Of a DNA stretch of 61,910 nucleotides, positions 36,563 through 45,380 are shown piece by piece; the stretch's first letter is position 1, and every line of letters begins with the position of its first letter. The DNA comes from a virus. Taxonomy: Duplodnaviria; Caudoviricetes. The translations under genes were made by a program, and so were the position numbers. A model generated the notes under the pieces. It saw only the letters and a list, made by a program, of their open reading frames with translations. It made no database searches and was not told the DNA's origin. The stretch is from IMG/VR virus record IMGVR_UViG_3300000234_000005, positions 1-61,910 of that record. One strand, written 5' to 3'.

Positions 36563-37504
36563 ATGCAAGCTTTAGTAGCTATTGGAATCAGTGCATCTGG
36601 TAAATCTTATTATGCCCAATTTATTTCTGATTACCATGAAATCAATCGTGATAACATCCGTAAAGACATTCTTAAATCTAAAGGTATTACCTTTAGTTGG
36701 TCAGCATGGAATTGGAAATGGGAAAAAGAAGTAACTACCATTCAACATCAGTTAATTGAAGAATGTGCCAAAAAAAATATCCCCATCTATATTTCTGATA
36801 CCAATCTTAATCCAGAACGTCTTCATGAACTATACAAATATCTTACCAAACTTGATTTTAACGTCAAGTTTAAGATTTTTGAATCTGACTTAGCCACAGC
36901 CATTGAACGTGATAACGCTAGAATTAATGGTGTTGGAATCTACGTTATTGAACAACAACGAGTTAAATACCAGCAACTGATGGAACGACTTTCCAATGAA
37001 AATTGGTTTAAGGCTAATTTAATTACCCCTGCTCCTGTACTTCTGCAACAACACAAACATGAACACCACAAAATCAACACCTTATTAGTTGATATTGATG
37101 GTACTATTGCTCATATGAACAATCGAAGCCCATTTGATTGGTCTAAGGTTGGTGAAGATACCCCTGACGTTCTTTTGTGTAACTTTCTTAACTATTACCT
37201 ATCTGATAGCCATAATCATATCATTTTCTTAAGTGGCCGTGATCGTATTTGTGAAACAGATACTCGTGATTGGATTAGTAAATATATTCCACATACTTCT
37301 TTCAATCAAAATTGTAAACTATTTATGCGAGCTAATAATGATACTCGCAAAGATTACATTATCAAGCATGAACTCTTTTTTGAACATGTTGATTCTAACT
37401 ACAATGTAATTGCAGTATTTGACGACAGGCCCCAATGCTGCAGGTTATGGAATGACATCGGACTAAAGCTTTGGAGTACTGGTAATCAGTTGTTAAACTG
37501 GTAA
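36563..37504 (+). CDS. pseT: Polynucleotide 5'-kinase/3'-phosphatase (T4 PseT family)
   Basis: Start re-assigned (GGAG RBS); GISASGKS, NRD.IR, SDTNL; HAD domain DIDGT, SGR, FDDR. Confidence 0.92.
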   Translation: MQALVAIGISASGKSYYAQFISDYHEINRDNIRKDILKSKGITFSWSAWNWKWEKEVTTIQHQLIEECAKKNIPIYISDTNLNPERLHELYKYLTKLDFNVKFKIFESDLATAIERDNARINGVGIYVIEQQRVKYQQLMERLSNENWFKANLITPAPVLLQQHKHEHHKINTLLVDIDGTIAHMNNRSPFDWSKVGEDTPDVLLCNFLNYYLSDSHNHIIFLSGRDRICETDTRDWISKYIPHTSFNQNCKLFMRANNDTRKDYIIKHELFFEHVDSNYNVIAVFDDRPQCCRLWNDIGLKLWSTGNQLLNW

Positions 37505-37532
37505 CTAATCCAATAAGTAAATTACAAATCTT

Positions 37533-37597
37533 CTGCATTTTATTCTCCAAACGAATAAGGTGTAGCGCTAGCAGAGCCTCCTCCACTCGTGGCTAGC
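37533..37597 (+). ncRNA. Candidate two-hairpin small RNA with a CCUCC loop
   Basis: 13-bp hairpin with G.U pairs, then a GCTAGC-closed hairpin exposing CCTCCTCCA. Confidence 0.35.
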
Positions 37598-37650
37598 AAC
37601 TATTCCTTTTAAAAATAAAATTTTAAATAATCTAAAATGAAGAATCAATA

Positions 37651-37875
37651 ATGGGCATGTATAGCACTATAACTAATAAATATTCTCCACAACCTTGCAC
37701 AAATTGCAATAAAATCAATGTCGCTGGTCAATGGTGGTACTTAGGTAACTACTTCGGGATTAGTGGTTATTTTTGCCCAAAATGCAATAATTTAGTAAGC
37801 CATAATAGCTATGGCATACCTAATTACCCTGAACAATATGAACTAATTAAAAATAAACAAAGTAAACAACCATGA
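37651..37875 (+). CDS. Small zinc-finger protein
   Basis: CxxC...CxxC motifs. Confidence 0.6.
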   Translation: MGMYSTITNKYSPQPCTNCNKINVAGQWWYLGNYFGISGYFCPKCNNLVSHNSYGIPNYPEQYELIKNKQSKQP

Positions 37876-38198
37876 AACCTTTTAATTTAGATGAAGCCTT
37901 AGCCGGTAAGCAAGTAGTAGATAAACATAATAACAAAGTAGAACAACTAAAACTTTATGATACCGGCAATGGATTCAAGTTAGTATATACAATAAAGGCA
38001 GAATTATACGCCTGCACTATTGATCTTGCTTTAACTACCTTATTCATGGCTACGGTTTTAACAAACTATTGTGTATCATTACTTAAACAAGACAATGTAT
38101 ACTTCTTAGGGTGTCCATATCTAGCTCATGAATACCCATTAGATGAAGCTTTTACTGCTGGCTTTGTTAAAGCAATTCAGTTTACCGTTGATGAATAA
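37872..38198 (+). CDS. Hypothetical protein (MKPFNL..ALAG..V family)
   Basis: Recognisable phage N-terminal motif; coupled to the upstream gene. Confidence 0.65.
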   Translation: MKPFNLDEALAGKQVVDKHNNKVEQLKLYDTGNGFKLVYTIKAELYACTIDLALTTLFMATVLTNYCVSLLKQDNVYFLGCPYLAHEYPLDEAFTAGFVKAIQFTVDE

Positions 38199-38255
38199 AA
38201 TTGAAGTAAAATCTTGTTTTAAATCTTTCTATCCACGATATTTATAGAGGCTACC

Positions 38256-39311
38256 ATGCGCAAACTTGCACGTATTGTACAAATTGATTCCATTCTCCCC
38301 CACACCAATGCAGATGCTCTTGAACTAGCAATTATTGGCGGATGGCAAGTCATTGTCAAAAAAGACCAATTTAACTCTGGTGATATGGCTATCTATTGTG
38401 AAATTGACAGCTTTATACCAACCAAGGTAGCTCCATTTCTAACTCGTGATGGCCATGAACCTAAACTATTTAAGGGTGTTCAAGGTGAACGTCTACGCAG
38501 TGTCAAATTACGCGGCGAACTTTCTCAAGGACTTCTTATCTCATTAGATAGCTTACTTCATTTTATTAATCCACATACGACAAACTTAGTGGTTGATGAT
38601 GATGATGTAACCGAACTTCTTGGAATTCAGAAGTGGGAAATTCCTGAAAATCCACAATTAACTGGACAAGCTAAAGGATCATTTCCATCATTTATTCCTA
38701 AAACTGACCAAGAACGGTGTCAAAACCTCATTAAAGAAATTCAGCAATCGTTTGAAACCGAAGAAGTATTTGAGCAAACAATTAAACTTGACGGTTCAAG
38801 TATGACCGTTTACTGTAATAATGGAGAAGTGGGTGTATGCTCACGTAACCAAGACTTGAAAATCAATGATGAAAATGCAGAAAACTCGTTCATCAAAACC
38901 TCATTTACGACAGGTATTGGTACTGCACTATTGTCACTTTATGCTCACTTAGGGCGCAATCTTGCAGTACAAGGCGAACTTATGGGGCCGGGTATCCAAG
39001 GTAATAAAGAAAACTTCACCAACCACCTATTTTTTATCTTTGATATTTTTGATATTGACACACAACGTTATTTACTACCTGAAGAACGTTATAAATGTCT
39101 CAATGACTTAGAAGTATTTGGCTACACAAGTAATCATGTTCCTACACTTGGAGCATGTAAACTAGAAACATCAAAAATTGATGAAATTTTACTAGCTGCA
39201 GAAGGTCCTTCCTTATTCGCTAATCAACGCGAAGGTATTGTATATAAAAGTACTACACGGGATTTTTCATTTAAAGCAATTTCAAATAAATGGCTGCTAA
39301 AAAATGAGTAA
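38256..39311 (+). CDS. RNA ligase, DRB0094 family
   Basis: MRKLA...NADALE...GWQV, KLRGELSQG, FP.FIPKTDQER.QN, KLDGSS, QGELMGPGIQGN, REGIV, SFKAISN. Confidence 0.9.
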   Translation: MRKLARIVQIDSILPHTNADALELAIIGGWQVIVKKDQFNSGDMAIYCEIDSFIPTKVAPFLTRDGHEPKLFKGVQGERLRSVKLRGELSQGLLISLDSLLHFINPHTTNLVVDDDDVTELLGIQKWEIPENPQLTGQAKGSFPSFIPKTDQERCQNLIKEIQQSFETEEVFEQTIKLDGSSMTVYCNNGEVGVCSRNQDLKINDENAENSFIKTSFTTGIGTALLSLYAHLGRNLAVQGELMGPGIQGNKENFTNHLFFIFDIFDIDTQRYLLPEERYKCLNDLEVFGYTSNHVPTLGACKLETSKIDEILLAAEGPSLFANQREGIVYKSTTRDFSFKAISNKWLLKNE

Positions 39312-39339
39312 CCTCTACAAAATCTATTGGTAACATACT

Positions 39340-39561
39340 ATGATTAACTCACAACTACTCCGCAACATGCCTTCTAATGACCAAATAGGAAGTCTTCTTT
39401 ACTCTTTGGCATACCGTTGCAAACAAACTACTCCCTACCTACAACGCGAACTGCACTACCTCCGTAATCAAGGCTTAGTTACACAAGACTGTCTTGGTAT
39501 GTTGTGGCGACGCACGATTTCAGCGGATCAACTCCTAGCGCATGAACATTCTATGGATTAA
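39340..39561 (+). CDS. Hypothetical protein
   Basis: 73 aa ORF in the operon. Confidence 0.5.
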   Translation: MINSQLLRNMPSNDQIGSLLYSLAYRCKQTTPYLQRELHYLRNQGLVTQDCLGMLWRRTISADQLLAHEHSMD

Positions 39562-39575
39562 TCATACATCTAACT

Positions 39576-40178
39576 ATGAAACTCCTCGGAAACCTCCCCA
39601 GTCAGACTTACCTAGCCTTTAGCGGTGGTTCTGATAGTACGGCAGTACTCAAGTTTTTACTTCGCTCTCGTGACGTTACCTTAGTTCACTACGTACATAA
39701 TTCAGATTTTGCCGAAACCGAATATAATTTTACTTTAGATATTGCATCCAAATATAACTGTAAACTAATTGTCGGCAAACAAGTATCTCAACGTCTACCT
39801 AAACAATCCCTAGAAGAATACTGGCGAATCGGACGTAACGCTTTTTTACACAGTATCAATAACTCGGTTATGACTGCTCACAATCTAAATGACAATGCTG
39901 AATCTTGGCTGATGGGGGCAATTACAGGAGTGCCTAAACTCATTCCTTATTGTAATAATAACATCATCCGCCCCTTCATGCTATTTACGAAGGAGGAGCT
40001 TGCTAAGCACTTAAATGGACAAACCTATCTAACTGATCCATCTAATACTGATAACTCTTTAACGAGGGCCTACGTTCGAAATGTATTACTTCCAAACGTA
40101 TTGCAAATCAACCCAGGATTCCTTACAATGACTAAACGAATGGTTACCAAAAAGTACAACAATGATTATTCCAAATAA
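39576..40178 (+). CDS. tilS: tRNA(Ile)-lysidine synthetase-like PP-loop ATPase (catalytic domain only)
   Basis: AFSGGSDS, TAHNLND.AE, IIRPF, DPSN....TR..VR. Confidence 0.8.
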   Translation: MKLLGNLPSQTYLAFSGGSDSTAVLKFLLRSRDVTLVHYVHNSDFAETEYNFTLDIASKYNCKLIVGKQVSQRLPKQSLEEYWRIGRNAFLHSINNSVMTAHNLNDNAESWLMGAITGVPKLIPYCNNNIIRPFMLFTKEELAKHLNGQTYLTDPSNTDNSLTRAYVRNVLLPNVLQINPGFLTMTKRMVTKKYNNDYSK

Positions 40179-40353
40179 AAACTATGACAAAAAAGAACCC
40201 ACCTCTCGTTTTGAAGATGGTTTAAATAAACGACCTAAGGAAGATTATCGTCGTAAGCCTAAGAATATTAAGCAACTCAATTCTTGGCTTTATGAAGAGG
40301 AAGAACAGGAAGAAGAATATGAGCAATTTGAATACTACTCCGACAATAACTAA
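40162..40353 (+). CDS. Hypothetical protein
   Basis: 63 aa, basic N-terminal and acidic C-terminal halves. Confidence 0.5.
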   Translation: MIIPNKNYDKKEPTSRFEDGLNKRPKEDYRRKPKNIKQLNSWLYEEEEQEEEYEQFEYYSDNN

Positions 40354-40458
40354 TAACTTATCTATAATCGAATTATTACTAGCTATATTTGCTTTATGGG
40401 CTATATTACCAGCATTTATTATTTATTTTTATATCTTAATTACAATAGCAACAAATCT

Positions 40459-40710
40459 ATGAAACTACCTAACAAGCATTTCTCCGACTACACCGAAATT
40501 GAAGCTACTTTAATTGATTCTGGTTTACCAATTACTTTAAAAGTACACTACTCCTACGAACCTGCATTTCCCGGCAGTATCAGAAATGGTGAGCAACTTA
40601 GTGAACCTGAACCCGCCGGGGTAGTTATTAGCGACATTACTATTAAGCTATCTGAAGCAGTAACTACCGCATTGTCAGAAGAAATCTATAATTACTTAAC
40701 TAATCTGTAA
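40459..40710 (+). CDS. Hypothetical protein
   Basis: Probable start MKLPNK; YSYEP......G..L.EPEPA motif. Confidence 0.55.
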   Translation: MKLPNKHFSDYTEIEATLIDSGLPITLKVHYSYEPAFPGSIRNGEQLSEPEPAGVVISDITIKLSEAVTTALSEEIYNYLTNL

Positions 40711-40791
40711 CCAGCGCAGCAAACCATCCTTAATTGACTTTTAGTACATTACCATTTACTATTTAGCCTTCTTAATTTTATGGATAACTAA

Positions 40792-40935
40792 ATGTCTAAC
40801 CCAACTATTGATGAAATTCTCGACGGAGAATGGTATAAAGAACCCGCCTTTGATTACTTAGACGACGATACAGAATGGGATTTCCTTGATGAATATCCAA
40901 TTCTTGATGATGATGATGATGATTTAGACGACTAA
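40792..40935 (+). CDS. 47-aa highly acidic protein
   Basis: MSNPTIDEILDGEWYKEPAFDYLDDDTEWDFLDEYPILDDDDDDLDD; below the ORF-track cutoff. Confidence 0.55.
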   Translation: MSNPTIDEILDGEWYKEPAFDYLDDDTEWDFLDEYPILDDDDDDLDD

Positions 40936-40953
40936 TAATCAAAGGTACACTAC

Positions 40954-41679
40954 ATGGCAGTTCGTAAAAGACAAAAAGCAGGACAAACCAAACAAGCTTC
41001 AAATGTATTTGAACATCTTAATCTCGAATTAAAAGAAATTAAACCTTTAACACATAATCAAGAATTAGCCTTTAGCGGCTTTGAAAATGACAATTGCATG
41101 TTATTGCTAGGTAAACAAGGTACAGGCAAATCTTTTATTGCTATATACAAAGCATTATTAGATGTGGTTCAAGGCAGATCAAATAAAGTAATTATTATTC
41201 GTAGCCCAGTAGCCTCGGCTAATATCGGCTTTTTACCGGGTACTGAAGAACAAAAGGCGGAAGTTTATTTTGCTCCTTATATTGATATAATTAACAATTT
41301 ATTTGGTAGAGGGGATGCGTGGGCTATTTTAACTAAGCATGACCTCATCGAATGCAAATTAACTGCATTTATTAGGGGATTAACTATTGATAATGCCACT
41401 ATAGTATTTGATGAAATTCAAAATGCAACTTTGAACGAGGCTATTACTATTGTTACTAGGGCAGGTAAAAATACCAAAATTCATTTTTGTGGTGACATTG
41501 CCCAATGTGATATTACTAAAAAACATGAAAGAGTAATAAATAAATTTTTAGCTATCTTAAATATAATGCCAGAATTTCGTTCTGTGTATTTTACTATTGA
41601 TGATGTTGTTAGATCAGGACTAGTAAAATCTTTTTTACTAGCCCAACATAAACTATATAAAGACGAAGTAATTATTTAA
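40954..41679 (+). CDS. phoH: PhoH-like ATPase
   Basis: GKQGTGKS, IGFLPG, FIRGLT, DEIQN, TRAG, GDIAQ.D, VVRSGLV. Confidence 0.92.
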   Translation: MAVRKRQKAGQTKQASNVFEHLNLELKEIKPLTHNQELAFSGFENDNCMLLLGKQGTGKSFIAIYKALLDVVQGRSNKVIIIRSPVASANIGFLPGTEEQKAEVYFAPYIDIINNLFGRGDAWAILTKHDLIECKLTAFIRGLTIDNATIVFDEIQNATLNEAITIVTRAGKNTKIHFCGDIAQCDITKKHERVINKFLAILNIMPEFRSVYFTIDDVVRSGLVKSFLLAQHKLYKDEVII

Positions 41680-41770
41680 TTACTTTTTTATTTAATTAAG
41701 TATTCCAAGAAATTGGATACTTATCATCTTTCTTCCTTATTTTTAATATCCCCTTAATTGGGGATTTTTT

Positions 41771-43132
41771 ATGGATATTTCAATGACTTCTGAAAAAACT
41801 ACTCTCGACAATTTCATGACTGCCTTATGGGAACGCCATCCTTCGTCATACTCCGAAAAGGAAAATAGTATTTTTGCCCTTTTCCGTAACTCACTAAACT
41901 TTTGTCGTAAATTTAACCTACCTCTTGAATTGTCCAAAGAGTACTTGGTTGACATCTCAGTAAAAACCCCAACTTCAATTAAGATGTATAAATCACTTGA
42001 TAATCTTTTAGAAATTACCAATGACGGCGAAGGTAAAGCCTCTGTAATGAGACTCAGCAAATTTCTAATTTATACTGGACGATTTACTGAAATAGAAATT
42101 AAAAAACACGTTGAAGTATTTAATTCGCTGATAGGCAATTTTAACTACTATGAGCTTACCATAGCTGACCCGGATGGTTGGGTGGACGTATATGAAAATG
42201 GAATTAATTTTACTTCTTGCATGGTATGCAATCGAGAAGATAGGTACTTGGATAAAAGACTATCTAATCATAATCACCCTGTTAGAGCTTACTGCCATCC
42301 AGATAACACCATTAGATTAGCTTACTTAGCTAATAAGCAATGGCAACCGGGAGTTGTTGACTTTAAAGTAACCGCTAGAGCAATTGTTAATTACGCTGAA
42401 GATGTTAAGGGTAACTTATCTAAATCTTATTGCAGTACATACGGAGATGAAGCATTACAAACAATGCTCCAAAAAGCAAAATTTGAAGTAGATTGTGATA
42501 TGTTTTTGGGCCAATATTTAATTAAACTGCCTTTTAATGATACTTATATAGTTCCTTACTTAGATGGAAGTAATACAGCTCTTGAAGAGCACCATAATAA
42601 ATGGGTAATTGCTGACGGCGGTGCTCACTACGCCAATTCATCTAAAGGTTTTGTTAAGCTGTTGAAAATTTGTCCAACTTGCGGCTATGAGCATGAAGAG
42701 GAGGAAACATACGGCCCTAATGATGAATTTTGCGGTAATTGTGTTGAAGACTACATGGTATATGGGTATATAGGCAAATATATGCAAGATTATATTTTAA
42801 TAGATTCAGAACATTACGAGTATAAATATAATTATTATACAACAGACGCTCTTGAGGCTTACGGTTTAGTTTTAATTGACGGCGAGGTTTACCTCGTAGA
42901 TGAAACAGAATTAACATCTCGTGGGTATGTGCATAATGATGACTGCGTTGAACTTGATATTTCATTCAACGATAACAATTATGCTCATACTGATGATATT
43001 ATTTACGTATGGGATATTGAAGGCAACAAATTAACTGTTCATGAAGATATGGATCTTACTAACATGATATTATTCGCATCCAAAGAAGAATACTTGCTCA
43101 ATAGCCAAATTAAAGAAACTGAAAATGAATAA
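41771..43132 (+). CDS. Conserved hypothetical phage protein
   Basis: SCM, HPVRAY, VPYLDG motifs and Cys-rich acidic C-terminus; paired with the downstream peptidase. Confidence 0.7.
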   Translation: MDISMTSEKTTLDNFMTALWERHPSSYSEKENSIFALFRNSLNFCRKFNLPLELSKEYLVDISVKTPTSIKMYKSLDNLLEITNDGEGKASVMRLSKFLIYTGRFTEIEIKKHVEVFNSLIGNFNYYELTIADPDGWVDVYENGINFTSCMVCNREDRYLDKRLSNHNHPVRAYCHPDNTIRLAYLANKQWQPGVVDFKVTARAIVNYAEDVKGNLSKSYCSTYGDEALQTMLQKAKFEVDCDMFLGQYLIKLPFNDTYIVPYLDGSNTALEEHHNKWVIADGGAHYANSSKGFVKLLKICPTCGYEHEEEETYGPNDEFCGNCVEDYMVYGYIGKYMQDYILIDSEHYEYKYNYYTTDALEAYGLVLIDGEVYLVDETELTSRGYVHNDDCVELDISFNDNNYAHTDDIIYVWDIEGNKLTVHEDMDLTNMILFASKEEYLLNSQIKETENE

Positions 43133-44060
43133 ACTATTTAACATCTTATCATACAATAGGCGGCACAACTCTCCGGGCGAGCAATTTATTATCAATAAAT
43201 ACATCACTCCCCTTAATCCTATTGTATTCTCTAATGATAATAATGAACCTATGGCTTATGCAGTAGTTGTAGGACATTTTACTGGTATTCTATGGTCTTG
43301 CCATACAGATACTGTTCACACAGCTACCGCCCCGCTTGCCCACATAATCAGTAAAAACATTATAGCACCCACTTCAATAACTAGCAGTAATTCAAAATAT
43401 AAATCAGAATCATTATCACTAAACTATAAAAAAGACACTAACTGTCTCGGTGCAGATGATGGAGCCGGTATATGGCTACTACTTGAAATGATCGAAGCAG
43501 GCGTACATGGCACATACATCTTTCATCGTGGCGAAGAGTGTGGTGGTATTGGATCAAGCTATATGGCAAAATATGAAACCGAATTTCTATCCCAATTCAC
43601 TCATGCTATTGCATTTGACCGTAAGGGAACTAATTCTATCATCACACATCAGCTAGGTAGATGCTGTTCTGACGGATTTGCTAAAGAATTTGGTGATTAC
43701 TTATATAATTTATCTGACACTCTAATTAATTTAAAATTAGACGATACAGGCTTATTTACCGATACAGCAAATTACATCGGAATTATTCCTGAATGCACAA
43801 ACATCAGTATCGGATATTATAACGAGCATACGTCTGTAGAATGGCTTGATATTAATTATCTCCAAACCCTTCGTGATACAATGATCAAATTTGAAAATAT
43901 TGCATTATCCGTATATCAATTTCCTATTGAACCATTTGACCCATACGACTATTATAAAATTGATTCAGTACCTATTCTTCAAACTGAAGCAGATATTCGA
44001 GATCTAGTTTACAATAACCCAGAAGACGCTATTAAACTAATTAGCTATTACACTATTTAA
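43125..44060 (+). CDS. Zn-dependent M20/M28-like peptidase/hydrolase
   Basis: HTDTVH, LGADDGAG, GEECGGIGS, AFDRKG, FTDT, NISIGYYNEH. Confidence 0.8.
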   Translation: MNKLFNILSYNRRHNSPGEQFIINKYITPLNPIVFSNDNNEPMAYAVVVGHFTGILWSCHTDTVHTATAPLAHIISKNIIAPTSITSSNSKYKSESLSLNYKKDTNCLGADDGAGIWLLLEMIEAGVHGTYIFHRGEECGGIGSSYMAKYETEFLSQFTHAIAFDRKGTNSIITHQLGRCCSDGFAKEFGDYLYNLSDTLINLKLDDTGLFTDTANYIGIIPECTNISIGYYNEHTSVEWLDINYLQTLRDTMIKFENIALSVYQFPIEPFDPYDYYKIDSVPILQTEADIRDLVYNNPEDAIKLISYYTI

Positions 44061-44069
44061 GGTATTTCC

Positions 44070-44507
44070 ATGAGCACTGTATTTTACGCCCCTAAAGAAA
44101 CAAATGCTGGAGTATGTTTTGCTAAATATACTCCAGAATTGTTGCAAAAATATCCAAATCGTATTTGGGTGTTTGGCGATAATCTTTTAAAAGTTGGTAA
44201 TGGTGGTCAGGCTATTGTCCGCAATGAACCTAACACTATCGGCCTAGTAACTAAACGATTACCTTCCCATGCCCAAGAAGCTTACATGACAGGATCCGAA
44301 TCTGACTATGAGGCTGTTGATAAAGATTTTCTTAATATCCAATCTCTCTTAGACTCTGGTAATACAGTTATCTTTCCAGCAGGCGGTCTTGGTACTGGTT
44401 TATCCAGACTTCAAACTCACGCACCTAAACTACTAGCCTATATTGATTCACAAGTATCAAATATGATTAAAACGAATTATGAAATGGTTCGTAAATTTAT
44501 TCGGTAA
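44070..44507 (+). CDS. Conserved phage protein (possible macro-like fold)
   Basis: VFGDN....G.GGQA..R..PN.IG..TK and FP..GLGTGL. Confidence 0.6.
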   Translation: MSTVFYAPKETNAGVCFAKYTPELLQKYPNRIWVFGDNLLKVGNGGQAIVRNEPNTIGLVTKRLPSHAQEAYMTGSESDYEAVDKDFLNIQSLLDSGNTVIFPAGGLGTGLSRLQTHAPKLLAYIDSQVSNMIKTNYEMVRKFIR

Positions 44508-44529
44508 TTAAACTACAAAGGTAATTATT

Positions 44530-44895
44530 ATGACTATTCTAGCCTCTAAAATTTTTGATTCTCGTGACGTTATCGCACGAATTGAAGAACTCCAAGAAGA
44601 TACTAAGCTAATTAATTCTGAAGAAGAAGAAGAATTATTTGATCTTCTTAACCTGCAAGATGAATGCCAACATTCCCCAGACTGGAATTATGGTGAAACC
44701 ATTATTCGAGAAGATTATTTTACTGAATATATCAAAGAATTAATTGATGATTGTTACTCAATTCCCCCAGAACTAACTTCTGGAGATTGGCCTTGGAGAC
44801 ATTTCCAACTAGACTACGAAGCTGCTGCCGAAGAAGCTAAATTAGACTATATTGAATGTGGAGTGGCTGATTATAACTATTTTATACGCGGGTAA
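44530..44895 (+). CDS. Acidic ArdA-like (antirestriction) protein
   Basis: Very acidic; IREDYFTEY..ELI.D and DYEAAAEEAKLDY resemble the ArdA C-terminal domain. Confidence 0.5.
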   Translation: MTILASKIFDSRDVIARIEELQEDTKLINSEEEEELFDLLNLQDECQHSPDWNYGETIIREDYFTEYIKELIDDCYSIPPELTSGDWPWRHFQLDYEAAAEEAKLDYIECGVADYNYFIRG

Positions 44896-44910
44896 TTACT
44901 ATTAAGCACA

Positions 44911-45327
44911 ATGAAAACTAGCCTAACACACTACTACATGGATATTGCCAAACGCACAGCGCAACTATCGCATTGCAAACGTCGACAAGTTGGAGCAATC
45001 TTAGTATCTGCTGATGAATCAAGTATTATTTCGTATGGTTACAATGGCACTCCTTTTGGCTACGATAACTGCTGTGAAGATTCTCATAATAATACCTTAC
45101 CAATAGTAATTCACGCAGAAATTAATGCCATCACTAAAGCAGCTCGTCTTGGCCATATTACTGAAGATGCTTTTTTATTCGTAACCCTATCCCCTTGCAT
45201 AAATTGTGCATTAGCTATTGCTCAATCTGGCATCAAACAAGTGTATTATCACGAAAAATATAAATGCACCGAAGGTATTCTTCTCTTAGCTAACTCAAAT
45301 GTACAAATAACTCAAACAAACTACTAG
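44911..45327 (+). CDS. dCMP deaminase
   Basis: S.C.RRQVGA, GYNG, HAE.NAI, TLSPC..C. Confidence 0.9.
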   Translation: MKTSLTHYYMDIAKRTAQLSHCKRRQVGAILVSADESSIISYGYNGTPFGYDNCCEDSHNNTLPIVIHAEINAITKAARLGHITEDAFLFVTLSPCINCALAIAQSGIKQVYYHEKYKCTEGILLLANSNVQITQTNY

Positions 45328-45380
45328 TAAAAATACCTTATATGAAAGGCATTATATTAATTCCCCAAAGGCCATAACTG

